From an uncultured Ruminococcus sp. (GTDB lineage: Bacteria > Bacillota > Clostridia > Oscillospirales > Ruminococcaceae), in NCBI GenBank assembly GCA_964472035.1, contig CAYYIT010000007.1:279-64278 (forward strand): DNA of 64,000 bases, written 5' to 3'. Below, one piece after another: positions 28,939-37,832 of the stretch. The position numbers and the translations under genes are program-made. The first letter of the stretch is position 1. Every line of letters begins with the position of its first letter. Below the pieces are notes generated by a model. That model was not told where the DNA came from, ran no database searches, and was given only the letters and a program-made list of their open reading frames with translations.

Positions 28939-30147
28939 TCATCTGCCCAAGCGCATTTTGAAGTCCTCGTAACCGAATGATTTGATCCGTTCAAGGGTCC
29001 CGTCCGCGTTGCGTCTCCAGATATCGGGCAGGGGCATGCCGTTGAAGGTATTATTTTTGCAGGTGGAATAGATCGCCATATCGCCGAACAGAAGCAGATC
29101 GCCGATCTGCAGTGCCTCCGGGAATCCGTACGCACCGATCACATCGCCGGCAAGACAGGTAGGTCCTGCAAGGCGGAAGGGTATCCCCTGCGCTGCGGTT
29201 TCATCCGCGCCATAAAGCGGCGGCATATAGGGCATTTCGATCACATCCGGCATATGGCAGGCTGCACTGACATCAAGGATCGCGATCCTCGTATCCCCGT
29301 TCTGCACGATATCCAGCACCCTTGCTGCGAGGTAGCCGGCGTTCAGTGCGACTGCCTCGCCAGGCTCGAGATACACCTGCACGCCCCATTTTTCCTTTGT
29401 ATCGTTCAGAATTTTCTCAAGCAGGGGAAGATCGTAATCATCCCTTGTGATGTGATGGCCTCCGCCCATGTTGAGCCATTTCATACGCGGCAGCACATCA
29501 CCGAAGCGTGCCTCCACCGCCTGCATCGTCACAGCGAGCGCATCCGCATCCTGCTCACAGAGGGTGTGGAAATGCAGTCCGTCGAGCAGTGCGGTCAGCT
29601 CCTCCGTCATGTGGAGCTCCCACATCTGACGGGTGGTACCGAGACGGCTGCCCGGTGCGCAGGGATCATAGATGGCATGTCCCTCCTGTGTGGAGCATTC
29701 GGGATTGATGCGCAGGCCGAGGCTCTTCCCTGCCGCCTTGGCTCTCGGGCCGAACTGACAGAGCTGCTGCGGAGAATTGAACACAATATGATCGGCATAT
29801 TGCAGCAGTTCCTCGAATTCGGACTCGCGGTAGGCCGCGCAGAAGACATGCACTTCCTTCCCCGGCATTTCCTCCGCGCCGAGTCTTGCTTCGAAGAGAC
29901 CGCTTGCCTCCGTGCCGGACAGATATCCGGACAGGAGCGGATAGCAATCATAGTTGGAGAACGCCTTCTGTGCAAGAAGGATCCGGCATCCGGTACGTTC
30001 CGCCAGTGCCGCAAGGATCCTGCCGTTGCGGTGAAGTGCGGCTTCATCGATGATATAGCAGGGGGTCGGCAGCGCACCAAAGCATTCCTCCGGTCCGGTT
30101 CCCTTCAGCATCCGGAAGGCCGGACGCTGGTCGATCAAGTTCCCCAT
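28939..30147 (-). CDS. nspC: Carboxynorspermidine/carboxyspermidine decarboxylase (PLP, alanine-racemase fold)
   Basis: 402 aa: TPCYIIDEAAL...GLRINPE...LNMGGGHHIT...YLEPGEAV...LAGPTCLAGDVIG. Its ATG overlaps the upstream stop (ATGA-type coupling at 30147). Confidence 0.8.
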   Translation of the reverse strand: MGNLIDQRPAFRMLKGTGPEECFGALPTPCYIIDEAALHRNGRILAALAERTGCRILLAQKAFSNYDCYPLLSGYLSGTEASGLFEARLGAEEMPGKEVHVFCAAYRESEFEELLQYADHIVFNSPQQLCQFGPRAKAAGKSLGLRINPECSTQEGHAIYDPCAPGSRLGTTRQMWELHMTEELTALLDGLHFHTLCEQDADALAVTMQAVEARFGDVLPRMKWLNMGGGHHITRDDYDLPLLEKILNDTKEKWGVQVYLEPGEAVALNAGYLAARVLDIVQNGDTRIAILDVSAACHMPDVIEMPYMPPLYGADETAAQGIPFRLAGPTCLAGDVIGAYGFPEALQIGDLLLFGDMAIYSTCKNNTFNGMPLPDIWRRNADGTLERIKSFGYEDFKMRLGR

Positions 30148-31406
30148 CAGTCCACCAGAACGGGAGCGCGGTTTTCACTGCGCGGCAGACCGTACTGATC
30201 CAATGCGGCAAGGAACGGATCCGGATCGAACTCCTCGACGGTATGAACGCCGGGGGTATTCCATTTGCCCGTCAGCAGCATCAGCGCACCGCACATTGCC
30301 GGTACGCCGGTGGTGTAGCTGATCGCCTGGCTCTCGACCTCACGATAGCATTCCTGATGATCGCAGACATTGTAGATATAGTAGGTCTTGTCCTTGCCGT
30401 CCTTTTTACCAGTGAAGATGCAGCCGATGTTGGTCTTTCCATGGGTACGCGGACCGAGACTTGCCGGATCCGGCAGCAGTGCCTTGAGGAACTTGATCGG
30501 AACGATCTCCTGTCCTTCAAACTGAATGGGCGTAGTGGAAAGCATTCCGACATTTTCAAGGCATTTCATATGGGTCAGATAGCTCTGGCCGAAGGTCATG
30601 AAGAAACGGATGCGCTTGACTTCGGGGATATTCTGCGCGATGGATTCGATCTCCTCGTGATGGAGCAGGTACATATCCTTCTGGCCGACGCAGTCAAAAT
30701 CGTATTCGCGCTTGATGCTCATGGCAGGGATCTCGACCCAGCGGCCGTTCTCCCAATAACTGCCAGGGGCAGAGACTTCACGGAGATTGACCTCGGGATT
30801 GAAATTGGTGGCAAAGGGGTAGCCGTGGTCACCGCCGTTGCAGTCGAGAATATCGATCGTGTCGATCGTGTCAAATTCATGCTTCTTGGCATGCGCACAA
30901 TACGCCTGTGTCACGCCGGGATCAAAGCCGCAGCCGAGCAGGGCGATGAGTCCTGCCTTCTCGAACTTCTCACGGTATGCCCACTGCCAGCTGTAATCGA
31001 AATAGGCGGAGAAACCCTCCTCCTTGCAGCGCTTTTCGTAGATCGCTCTCCACTCAGGATCATCCGTGTCTTCGGGCTCGTAGTTCGCGGTATCCATATA
31101 ATTCACACCGCAGGCAAGGCAGGCATCCATGATGGTGAGATCCTGATAGGGCAGCGCGATGTTCATGACAAGATCGGGCTGATAGGCATTGATCAGGTCA
31201 ATGAGCTGCTGCACATCATCCGCATCCACCTGTGCGGTTGTGATCTTCGTTGCGGTCTTCCCTTCCAGCGCCTGCGCCAGCGCATCGCACTTGGACTTGG
31301 TGCGGCTTGCAATGCAAAGCTCCGTGAACACCTCGCTTACCTGACAACACTTTCTGATGGCTACATTCGCAACACCGCCGCAGCCGATAACCAATACTCT
31401 GCTCAT
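30147..31406 (-). CDS. Saccharopine-dehydrogenase-family carboxy(nor)spermidine dehydrogenase/synthase
   Basis: MSRVLVIGCGGVANVAIRK... Start is trimmed to ATG 31406 (AGGAGG upstream). It is about 420 aa and adjacent to nspC. Confidence 0.8.
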   Translation of the reverse strand: MSRVLVIGCGGVANVAIRKCCQVSEVFTELCIASRTKSKCDALAQALEGKTATKITTAQVDADDVQQLIDLINAYQPDLVMNIALPYQDLTIMDACLACGVNYMDTANYEPEDTDDPEWRAIYEKRCKEEGFSAYFDYSWQWAYREKFEKAGLIALLGCGFDPGVTQAYCAHAKKHEFDTIDTIDILDCNGGDHGYPFATNFNPEVNLREVSAPGSYWENGRWVEIPAMSIKREYDFDCVGQKDMYLLHHEEIESIAQNIPEVKRIRFFMTFGQSYLTHMKCLENVGMLSTTPIQFEGQEIVPIKFLKALLPDPASLGPRTHGKTNIGCIFTGKKDGKDKTYYIYNVCDHQECYREVESQAISYTTGVPAMCGALMLLTGKWNTPGVHTVEEFDPDPFLAALDQYGLPRSENRAPVLVD

Positions 31407-31419
31407 TATTACATTCCTC

Positions 31420-32283
31420 CTATTTATTGTGATGGCTGAGCGCAAGCAGAAGCTCACGCAGGACTTTGCAGGCAACTGCCGTGGACATGCCGCTTGTATC
31501 CAGCATGGGGGCAAGCTCATTGATGTCCGCTGCCACTACATTTGTTTTGCATACTTCCAGAATGGCCTCCAGAAGCTGCATGAACGTCACACCGCCGGCT
31601 TCAGGGGTGCCTGTTCCCGGAAATACGGATGGATCAAGGCAGTCGAGATCGATCGTGAAATAGACCGGTACGCCCGTTTTCTTCAGCTCTCCGACACATT
31701 CCGCAAGACCATCGAATCCGAAGGGATGGATGTCCGTATGCGCTGCGGCAAAGCGGAATTCCTCGCGCTCACCACTGCGGATACAGAACTGATGGATCCT
31801 GCCGTCACCGATCAGGTCATGGCATCTGCGCAGCACGCAGGCATGGCTGAGCCGTGCACCGAGATAATCATCGCGCAGATCTGCATGCGCGTCAAAATGG
31901 ATGATGTGCAGGTCGGGATATTTCGCAAGAACCGCACGAACGGCCCCCAGTGTTACCAGATGCTCGCCGCCGATCAGGAGCGGGAATTTGCCGTCGTGCA
32001 GGATCTGTGCAGCATGCGCTTCGATATCCTGCAATGCGGATTCCGCGGAGCCGAAGCACAGCTCGAGATCACCGCTGTCAAATATGGCGTAATCCGTCAG
32101 ATCCTTGTCCTGATAGGGACTGTAGGTCTCCAGTCCGAAGCTCTCGTGGCGTATGGCGGCAGAGCCGAACCTTGCGCCGGGACGAAAGCTTGTGGTAGAA
32201 TCGAAAGGTGCGCCGAACAGCACGATATCCGCCGCGTCATAGCTGCTGTCGCAGCCGATAAAGTTCTCAATATTGCGTTCCAT
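31420..32283 (-). CDS. speB: Agmatinase / ureohydrolase-family enzyme
   Basis: GGEHLVTLG, HFDAHADLRD and TIDLDCLDPSVFPGTGTPEAGG (Mn-binding arginase-fold motifs). Start is trimmed to MERNIENF. Confidence 0.8.
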   Translation of the reverse strand: MERNIENFIGCDSSYDAADIVLFGAPFDSTTSFRPGARFGSAAIRHESFGLETYSPYQDKDLTDYAIFDSGDLELCFGSAESALQDIEAHAAQILHDGKFPLLIGGEHLVTLGAVRAVLAKYPDLHIIHFDAHADLRDDYLGARLSHACVLRRCHDLIGDGRIHQFCIRSGEREEFRFAAAHTDIHPFGFDGLAECVGELKKTGVPVYFTIDLDCLDPSVFPGTGTPEAGGVTFMQLLEAILEVCKTNVVAADINELAPMLDTSGMSTAVACKVLRELLLALSHHNK

Positions 32284-32284
32284 T

Positions 32285-33142
32285 CTACTCCACCTCCTCA
32301 AGCATTTTTTCCAGATAGGCGGGCAGGTAGAATGCGCCTACATGGAGTTTGGTTGTATAATACCGTGTTCCAAGATGGAGCGATAGCCATTTGGATGCGT
32401 CGAAATCATCGATGGGATGGTATTTTTTGCTGGCAAAGCCGAACAGCCAGTAGCCGGCCGCGTAGGTCGGGATATGCGCCTGATAGACACGGCTGATCGG
32501 GAAGGTATTGACAATACGCTGATGGCTGCGCTGCATTGCCTCCGCATCATGTTTATAGAAGGGACTTCCCTGCTGGTTCACCATGATGCCGTCATCATGC
32601 AGGGCATTGTAGCAGATGCCGTAGAATTCCCTTGTGAAATAGCCCTCGGACGGACCAAAGGGATCGGTGGAATCCACGATGATGAGGTCGTACTCATCCG
32701 TGCATCTCCGGATGAACCGAAGCGCATTGTCAAAATAAATATGCACGCGGCTGTCATCCAGACGGCAGGCGTTTTCGGGAAGATAGCTGCGGCACGCGTC
32801 AATTACCTGCGGATCCATCTCCACAAGGTCGATGCGTCGGACGGAATCATACCGTGTCAGCTCCTTCACGACGCCGCCGTCTCCGGCACCGATCACCAGA
32901 ACGTCCTGCACATTCGGATGAACGGACATAGGAACATGCGTGATCATTTCGTCGTAGATGAACTCGTCGCGCTCCGTCAGCATGACATTGCCATCGAGTG
33001 CAAGTACACGTCCGAATTCGGGCGTTTCGAAAATATCGATCTGCTGGTACTCGCTCTTCTCCGAATACAGATGCCGGTTCACGCGGATGCTGTGACGGAC
33101 GTCGGGGGCATGGTATTCACTGAACCATAAATTCAAATTCAA
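32285..33142 (-). CDS. speE: Polyamine aminopropyltransferase (spermidine synthase family)
   Basis: VLVIGAGDGGVVKEL, IIVDSTDPFGPSEGYFT. Confidence 0.85.
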   Translation of the reverse strand: MNLNLWFSEYHAPDVRHSIRVNRHLYSEKSEYQQIDIFETPEFGRVLALDGNVMLTERDEFIYDEMITHVPMSVHPNVQDVLVIGAGDGGVVKELTRYDSVRRIDLVEMDPQVIDACRSYLPENACRLDDSRVHIYFDNALRFIRRCTDEYDLIIVDSTDPFGPSEGYFTREFYGICYNALHDDGIMVNQQGSPFYKHDAEAMQRSHQRIVNTFPISRVYQAHIPTYAAGYWLFGFASKKYHPIDDFDASKWLSLHLGTRYYTTKLHVGAFYLPAYLEKMLEEVE

Positions 33143-33154
33143 GACACTTCCCTC

Positions 33155-34609
33155 CTAAACAAGAATGTTGATGTGCCGGATCTCGGGATCCTCCGGACCC
33201 GTCATGGAACATCCCTTGACCCTTGCATACTCGATGTAATCGAGAATTTCCTTGGTAATACGCTCACCGGGTGCCAGGATCGGAATGCCCGGCGGATAGC
33301 ACATCACGAATTCGCTGCAGACGCAGCCGGCACTTTCCTGCAGGGGGATGCTCTTCTTCTTGGCGTAGAATGCCTCCTGCGGACTCATCACGACCTCGGG
33401 GTCGATGTACTCCTGACTGAGCAGGCCGCTGCTGTCGGTCTGGTATCTGCGGCGGATCTCGGCAAGGGCGCTGACGAGACGCTCCAGTTCCTGCGGACGA
33501 TCACCGATGGAAAGATACGCAAGGATATTGCCGATATCGCCGAACTCGATCTGGATGTCGTATTCATCGCGGAGGATGTCATAGACCTCGATGCCGGCAA
33601 GTCCGATATCCCTTGTATGTACGCTGAGCTTCGTCGGGTCGAAGTCGTAGATCGAATTTCCGTTCACAAGCTCCCTGCCGAATGCATAATAGCCGCCGAC
33701 GGCATTGATCTCTTCGCGGGCATAGTCCGCCATGCGGATGACCTTTGCGAAGACCTCCTTGCCGCGCAGCACAAGATTGCGGCGGCTGATATCGAGACTG
33801 GACATCAGGAGGTAGCTGCCGGAGGTCGTCTGTGTGAGATTGATGATCTGACGGACGTGGCCCTCGCTGACATTCGGGCCGATCAGCAGAAGGCTCGACT
33901 GTGTCAGGCTGCCGCCGCTTTTGTGCATGGAGACAGCAGCCATATCCGCGCCTGCCGCCATCGCAGAGACGGGCATATTATCGCCGAAATAGAAATGCGT
34001 GCCGTGCGCCTCATCTGCAAGGCAGAACATTCCGGCATCGTGCGCCATCTTCACGATCTCCCTGAGGTCACTGCAGATGCCGTAATAGGTGGGATTATTG
34101 ACGAGAACTGCGACCGCATCGGGATTGGCTGCGATGGCCTTTGCTACCTGCTCTCGCTGCATGCCGAGCGAAATGCCGAGCCGATGATCCACCTCTGGGT
34201 TGACATACACGGGGATCGCACCGCAGAGAACCAGTGCATTGATCACGCTGCGATGGACATTTCGCGGAAGGATGATCTTATCGCCGCGTTTGCATGTAGA
34301 AAGCACCATGCTCTGCACAGAGCTGGTCGTACCGCCGACCATCAGGAAGGCATGTGCAGCACCGAAAGCATCCGCTGCCAGCATTTCTGCCTCGTGAATG
34401 ACGGACACCGGATGGCAGAGATTGTCGAGCGGCTTCATGCTGTTGACATCGATCCCGACGCATTGTTCTCCCAGAAATGCCGCAAGTTCAGGGTTGCCCC
34501 TTCCGTGCTTGTGACCGGGTACATCGAACGGCACAACGCGCATCTGCCGGAATTTCTGCAGCGCCTCATAGATCGGCGCCCTGTCATGATTCATCTTGAT
34601 TTCTTTCAT
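33155..34609 (-). CDS. speA: Orn/Lys/Arg decarboxylase (fold-I PLP; SpeA-type arginine decarboxylase of Firmicutes)
   Basis: 484 aa: FDVPGHKHG...MVGGTTSSVQ...SMHKSGGSLTQSS (PLP lysine). Confidence 0.8.
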   Translation of the reverse strand: MKEIKMNHDRAPIYEALQKFRQMRVVPFDVPGHKHGRGNPELAAFLGEQCVGIDVNSMKPLDNLCHPVSVIHEAEMLAADAFGAAHAFLMVGGTTSSVQSMVLSTCKRGDKIILPRNVHRSVINALVLCGAIPVYVNPEVDHRLGISLGMQREQVAKAIAANPDAVAVLVNNPTYYGICSDLREIVKMAHDAGMFCLADEAHGTHFYFGDNMPVSAMAAGADMAAVSMHKSGGSLTQSSLLLIGPNVSEGHVRQIINLTQTTSGSYLLMSSLDISRRNLVLRGKEVFAKVIRMADYAREEINAVGGYYAFGRELVNGNSIYDFDPTKLSVHTRDIGLAGIEVYDILRDEYDIQIEFGDIGNILAYLSIGDRPQELERLVSALAEIRRRYQTDSSGLLSQEYIDPEVVMSPQEAFYAKKKSIPLQESAGCVCSEFVMCYPPGIPILAPGERITKEILDYIEYARVKGCSMTGPEDPEIRHINILV

Positions 34610-34630
34610 GCTAACACTTCACCTCGTTAA

Positions 34631-34666
34631 AACAAAAAGCGCAAGCTGTGATATCACAACTTGCGC
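34631..34666 (-). promoter_or_regulatory. Intrinsic terminator/attenuator hairpin inside the speA leader, about 20 nt upstream of the speA start codon
   Basis: The minus strand reads GCGCAAGTTGTGATATCACAGCTTGCGC TTTTTGTTTT, then AACGAGGTGAAGTGTTAGC ATG. The stem is 12-13 bp and the RBS follows it immediately. Confidence 0.65.
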
Positions 34667-34997
34667 TGAAAATCCGAAAGGATCGTTCCCCTTATCTTGC
34701 TGCCGGAATCAGAAATTCCATGCGTTGTCGGGGAGGGCTGGGCATTGAGAGTCTATATAGCAATACTACTTTTACTACTCTTTATTGACCGTTTCACAAG
34801 TCTGCGTATTCACGCATTGGGTTATAAAGTAACCAACTTATAAAATTTGAGCTTTTAACTCAATCAATAAGGCGGTAGAACCGCCAATCGGCAGTGGACC
34901 CGGCTGTCCGTATGGCCTCGACTCCTGTGCGGAGTGGTCCGTAATCATCGCTTGGAAGGACTCTGTTGCCAAATTCATTCCAGATTCAATTGTTATT

Positions 34998-35021
34998 TGA
35001 AAAAGCCCGATGCAATCGGGC
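34998..35021 (-). terminator. Terminator of the tRNA operon
   Basis: The minus strand reads GCCCGAT-TGC-ATCGGGC TTTTTCAAATAA. Confidence 0.7.
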
Positions 35022-35032
35022 TTCTTCGTATA

Positions 35033-35110
35033 TGGGGTGGATAATCGGATTCGAACCGATGGTCTTCAGTGCCACAAACTGACGCGTTAACCAACTACGC
35101 TATACCCACC
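35033..35110 (-). tRNA. tRNA-His (GUG), with genome-encoded G-1 and CCA
   Basis: The cloverleaf was folded by hand: G-1+GTGGGTA acceptor, anticodon loop TTGTGGC, T-arm ATCGG-TTCGAAT-CCGAT, 3' end TATCCAC-C-CCA. Confidence 0.9.
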
Positions 35111-35113
35111 ATA

Positions 35114-35190
35114 TGGCGCGCCTTATTGGACTCGAACCAATGACTTACTGCTTAGAAGGCAGTTACTCTATCCAGCTGAGTTAAAGGCGC
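35114..35190 (-). tRNA. tRNA-Arg (UCU)
   Basis: GCGCCTT acceptor, anticodon loop CTTCTAA, T-arm ATTGG-TTCGAGT-CCAAT, CCA encoded. Confidence 0.9.
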
Positions 35191-35203
35191 ATACTGTGTT
35201 GCA

Positions 35204-35277
35204 TGGAGCGGACGACGGGAATCGAACCCGCATACTCAGCTTGGGAAGCTGATGCTCTACCACTAAACTACGTCCGC
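35204..35277 (-). tRNA. tRNA-Gly (CCC)
   Basis: GCGGACG acceptor, anticodon loop TTCCCAA, GGTTCGATTCC T-arm, CCA encoded. Confidence 0.9.
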
Positions 35278-35290
35278 ATTAAGGATGAAA

Positions 35291-35364
<74 letters not shown>

Positions 35365-35398
35365 ATGCGACACGTGTTTGTTCCTCACAACATTTAAT

Positions 35399-35427
35399 AT
35401 TATACCACAAACCCGCTCCTTTGTCAA
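35399..35427 (-). promoter_or_regulatory. Perfect consensus promoter TTGACA-17-TATAAT driving the tRNA operon
   Basis: On the minus strand: TTGACA (35427-35422), a 17-nt spacer, then TATAAT (35404-35399). Confidence 0.8.
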
Positions 35428-35477
35428 GCCTTTTTTTCAAATTTTCCAAAAAAATGATTCCGGCTCAGTTACAACGT

Positions 35478-35510
35478 AAAATAGCGGTATTCCGTTCGGA
35501 ACACCGCTAT
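35478..35510 (-). terminator. Terminator after the clpC-like gene
   Basis: The minus strand reads ATAGCGGTGTTCCGAACGGAATACCGCTAT TTTT. Confidence 0.7.
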
Positions 35511-35515
35511 TGTTG

Positions 35516-37801
35516 TTAAGAAAAGCTTACTTGCACTTCATCATCCGCGGTGATATTCACCTCATGGAAGATCGTTCCGTTGTCGATGATCTCCATTGCG
35601 ATCGGATCCTCGATCCGTTCACGGAGGATGCGGCGGATATCACGGGCGCCGCTGCGCTTGCCATGTGCTTCGGCAGCGATCTTATCAAGGGCGGCCTGAT
35701 CATAGTGGAGGGTGATCCCCTTCTCCGCGAGAGGTTCACGCATTTCCTCGAGCATGAGTGCGGCGATATTGGCGAAATCCTTCTCATCCAGGGGACGGAA
35801 CACGATGACATCATCGATACGTCCGAGGAATTCCGGACGCAGGAAATCACGGAGCGCCTTCATGGCACGTTCCTTGGTGATCTCTTCCTGGGTCTTATTG
35901 AATCCGACGCCGCTGCTCTTATCGGTGGACCCTGCATTGGATGTCATGCAGATCACCGTATGGGAGAAGTTGACGGTTCTGCCCTGCGCATCCTCGATCT
36001 GACCCTCGTCAAGGATCTGCATCAGGATGTTCATCACGTCGGGATGTGCCTTCTCGATCTCATCAAACAGGATCACGGAGTAGGGCTTGCGGCGCACCTT
36101 CTCTGTCAGCTGACCGGCATCATCATAGCCCACATAACCGGGAGGCGAACCGATCATTCTGGCAACGGAATGCTTTTCCATGAACTCCGTCATATCCAGA
36201 CGAATGAGCGGATCGGCGGTATCGAACAGCTCGGAAGCCAGCACCTTGACAAGCTCCGTTTTACCGACACCGGTGGGGCCAACGAAAATGAAGGATGCCG
36301 GACGGATCCTGCTGCTGAGCTGCACACGGGAGCGCTTGATGGCTCTTGCAAGTGCCTGCACGGCTTCGTCCTGACCGATCACCTTCTTGCTGAGGCGTTC
36401 TGCGAGGTTCTTCATGCGGGACAGCTCGGTCTCTTCGATCTTATTGGCGGGGATGCCGGTCCAGAGCTCCACGACCTTTGCCATATCGGATTCCTCAACG
36501 GAAATGGCAGCAGCCTTTTCCTCCAGCTCCTTGAGCTGCATCTCCATACGGCTGAGTTCGGCCTTGGATTCGGCAATTTTTTCAAAATCAGGGGTTTCGT
36601 TCTCCTCCTGCTCCTTCAGTGCATTCTGCTGCTGCTCAAGCTTCTTTTTGAGATCATCCAGCTCATGCAGCTCAGAAGCACGAATGCTGCGGTAGGCACA
36701 GCTCTCGTCGAGCAGATCGATCGCCTTATCCGGCAGGAAACGGTCTGTGATATACCGCTCAGAAAGAACGGCACAGAGCCGCAGCAGGCGGTCCTCGATC
36801 TTGACGCGGTGGTAATTCTCGTAATACTCACGGATACCGTGCAGCACCTCGATCGTATCATCGACGGTCGGTTCCTGTACGGTAACGGGCTGGAAGCGGC
36901 GTTCCAGCGCGCTGTCCTTTTCAATAAACTTGCGGTATTCCTTGAAGGTCGTCGCGCCGATCACCTGCACCTCGCCGCGGGAAAGCGCGGGCTTGAGGAT
37001 GTTAGCGGCGTTCATGGAGCCTTCGGAATCACCGGCACCGACAAGGTTATGCACCTCGTCAATGAAGAGGATCACATTGCCTTCACGGACAACCTCACCG
37101 ATCAGCCCCTTGACACGGCTTTCAAACTGGCCGCGGAACTGTGTACCAGCCACCAGTGCAGTCAGGTCGAGAAGATAGATCTTCTTGTCACGCAGATGGA
37201 ACGGCACGGTACCCGCTGCGATACGCTGCGCAATGCCCTCGGCAATGGCGGTTTTACCAACACCGGGTTCACCGATCAGACAGGGGTTGTTCTTCGTGCG
37301 GCGCGAGAGGATCTGCACCACTCTTGCGATCTCACGGTCTCTGCCGATGATGCGGTCAAGCTTGCCTTCCTCGGCACGCTGGCTGAGGTTCGTGCAATAA
37401 TTATTGAGAAACCGCAGTTCCTTTTCCTCTGCACGCTTTTTCTTGGGTTTATCCTTCTTCTTGCCTTCCTTGGCGGCATCGGGATTCGGTTCCTCCATAA
37501 AGGATTCGGTGTTCTGCCCATTGCTGAACAGGTTACGGAGGAAGCCGGGGATCGCATTGATATTCCCCATGGTGGTGGGTTCGCTGTCATCATTGCCCAT
37601 GAATTCCATCATCTGATCGGATAACTCTTCCAGATCGGCATCGTCGATGCCAGCGCTCTTCAGATAGTCAGAGATCTGCGGGATCTGCAGCTGCTTTGCG
37701 CAGGCAAGACAGTAGCCCATGTCTTTTTTCTCGTCCCCGTGCAGGGAAGATACAAATACAACGGCAGGCCGTTTCTGACATTTACTGCATAAAATCATCA
37801 A
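35516..37801 (-). CDS. Class-I (two AAA+ modules) Clp/Hsp100 ATPase, ClpC-like, with an N-terminal C4 zinc ribbon in place of the usual Clp-N repeats
   Basis: N-terminus: CSKCQKRP...21 aa...CLACAK. Walker A motifs: GEPGVGKT and GPTGVGKT. It has a short coiled-coil M-domain and a candidate ClpP-docking loop SGVGFNK. Confidence 0.85.
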   Translation of the reverse strand: MMILCSKCQKRPAVVFVSSLHGDEKKDMGYCLACAKQLQIPQISDYLKSAGIDDADLEELSDQMMEFMGNDDSEPTTMGNINAIPGFLRNLFSNGQNTESFMEEPNPDAAKEGKKKDKPKKKRAEEKELRFLNNYCTNLSQRAEEGKLDRIIGRDREIARVVQILSRRTKNNPCLIGEPGVGKTAIAEGIAQRIAAGTVPFHLRDKKIYLLDLTALVAGTQFRGQFESRVKGLIGEVVREGNVILFIDEVHNLVGAGDSEGSMNAANILKPALSRGEVQVIGATTFKEYRKFIEKDSALERRFQPVTVQEPTVDDTIEVLHGIREYYENYHRVKIEDRLLRLCAVLSERYITDRFLPDKAIDLLDESCAYRSIRASELHELDDLKKKLEQQQNALKEQEENETPDFEKIAESKAELSRMEMQLKELEEKAAAISVEESDMAKVVELWTGIPANKIEETELSRMKNLAERLSKKVIGQDEAVQALARAIKRSRVQLSSRIRPASFIFVGPTGVGKTELVKVLASELFDTADPLIRLDMTEFMEKHSVARMIGSPPGYVGYDDAGQLTEKVRRKPYSVILFDEIEKAHPDVMNILMQILDEGQIEDAQGRTVNFSHTVICMTSNAGSTDKSSGVGFNKTQEEITKERAMKALRDFLRPEFLGRIDDVIVFRPLDEKDFANIAALMLEEMREPLAEKGITLHYDQAALDKIAAEAHGKRSGARDIRRILRERIEDPIAMEIIDNGTIFHEVNITADDEVQVSFS

Positions 37802-37832
37802 TCCTCATCCTTTCTGACATACAAACGTCAAT

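Noticed and set aside
34861-34990. An attempt to classify the GC-rich block as a c-di-GMP-I or guanidine-I riboswitch, small SRP RNA, 6S RNA, hammerhead ribozyme or degenerate tRNA.
   Set aside because: Only fragmentary resemblances exist (GCACAGG, GGUCCG). The defining conserved cores (GGUCCGAGAG / ACGR-GGGA-AAAGCCCGGGAG, GGAA-GGAAGCAGC, CUGANGA...GAAA, T-loop GTTCRANYC) are absent. It is kept only as an unclassified structure in the findings.
35510-37624. A 704-aa plus-strand ORF antisense to the clpC-like gene. Similar long antisense ORFs occur at 46245..48380, 18510..20324, 12134..13177, 16190..17401, 33173..34630 and 60984..62276.
   Set aside because: Each one mirrors a confidently assigned gene on the opposite strand and has no motifs or translation signals. 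They are artefacts of composition.
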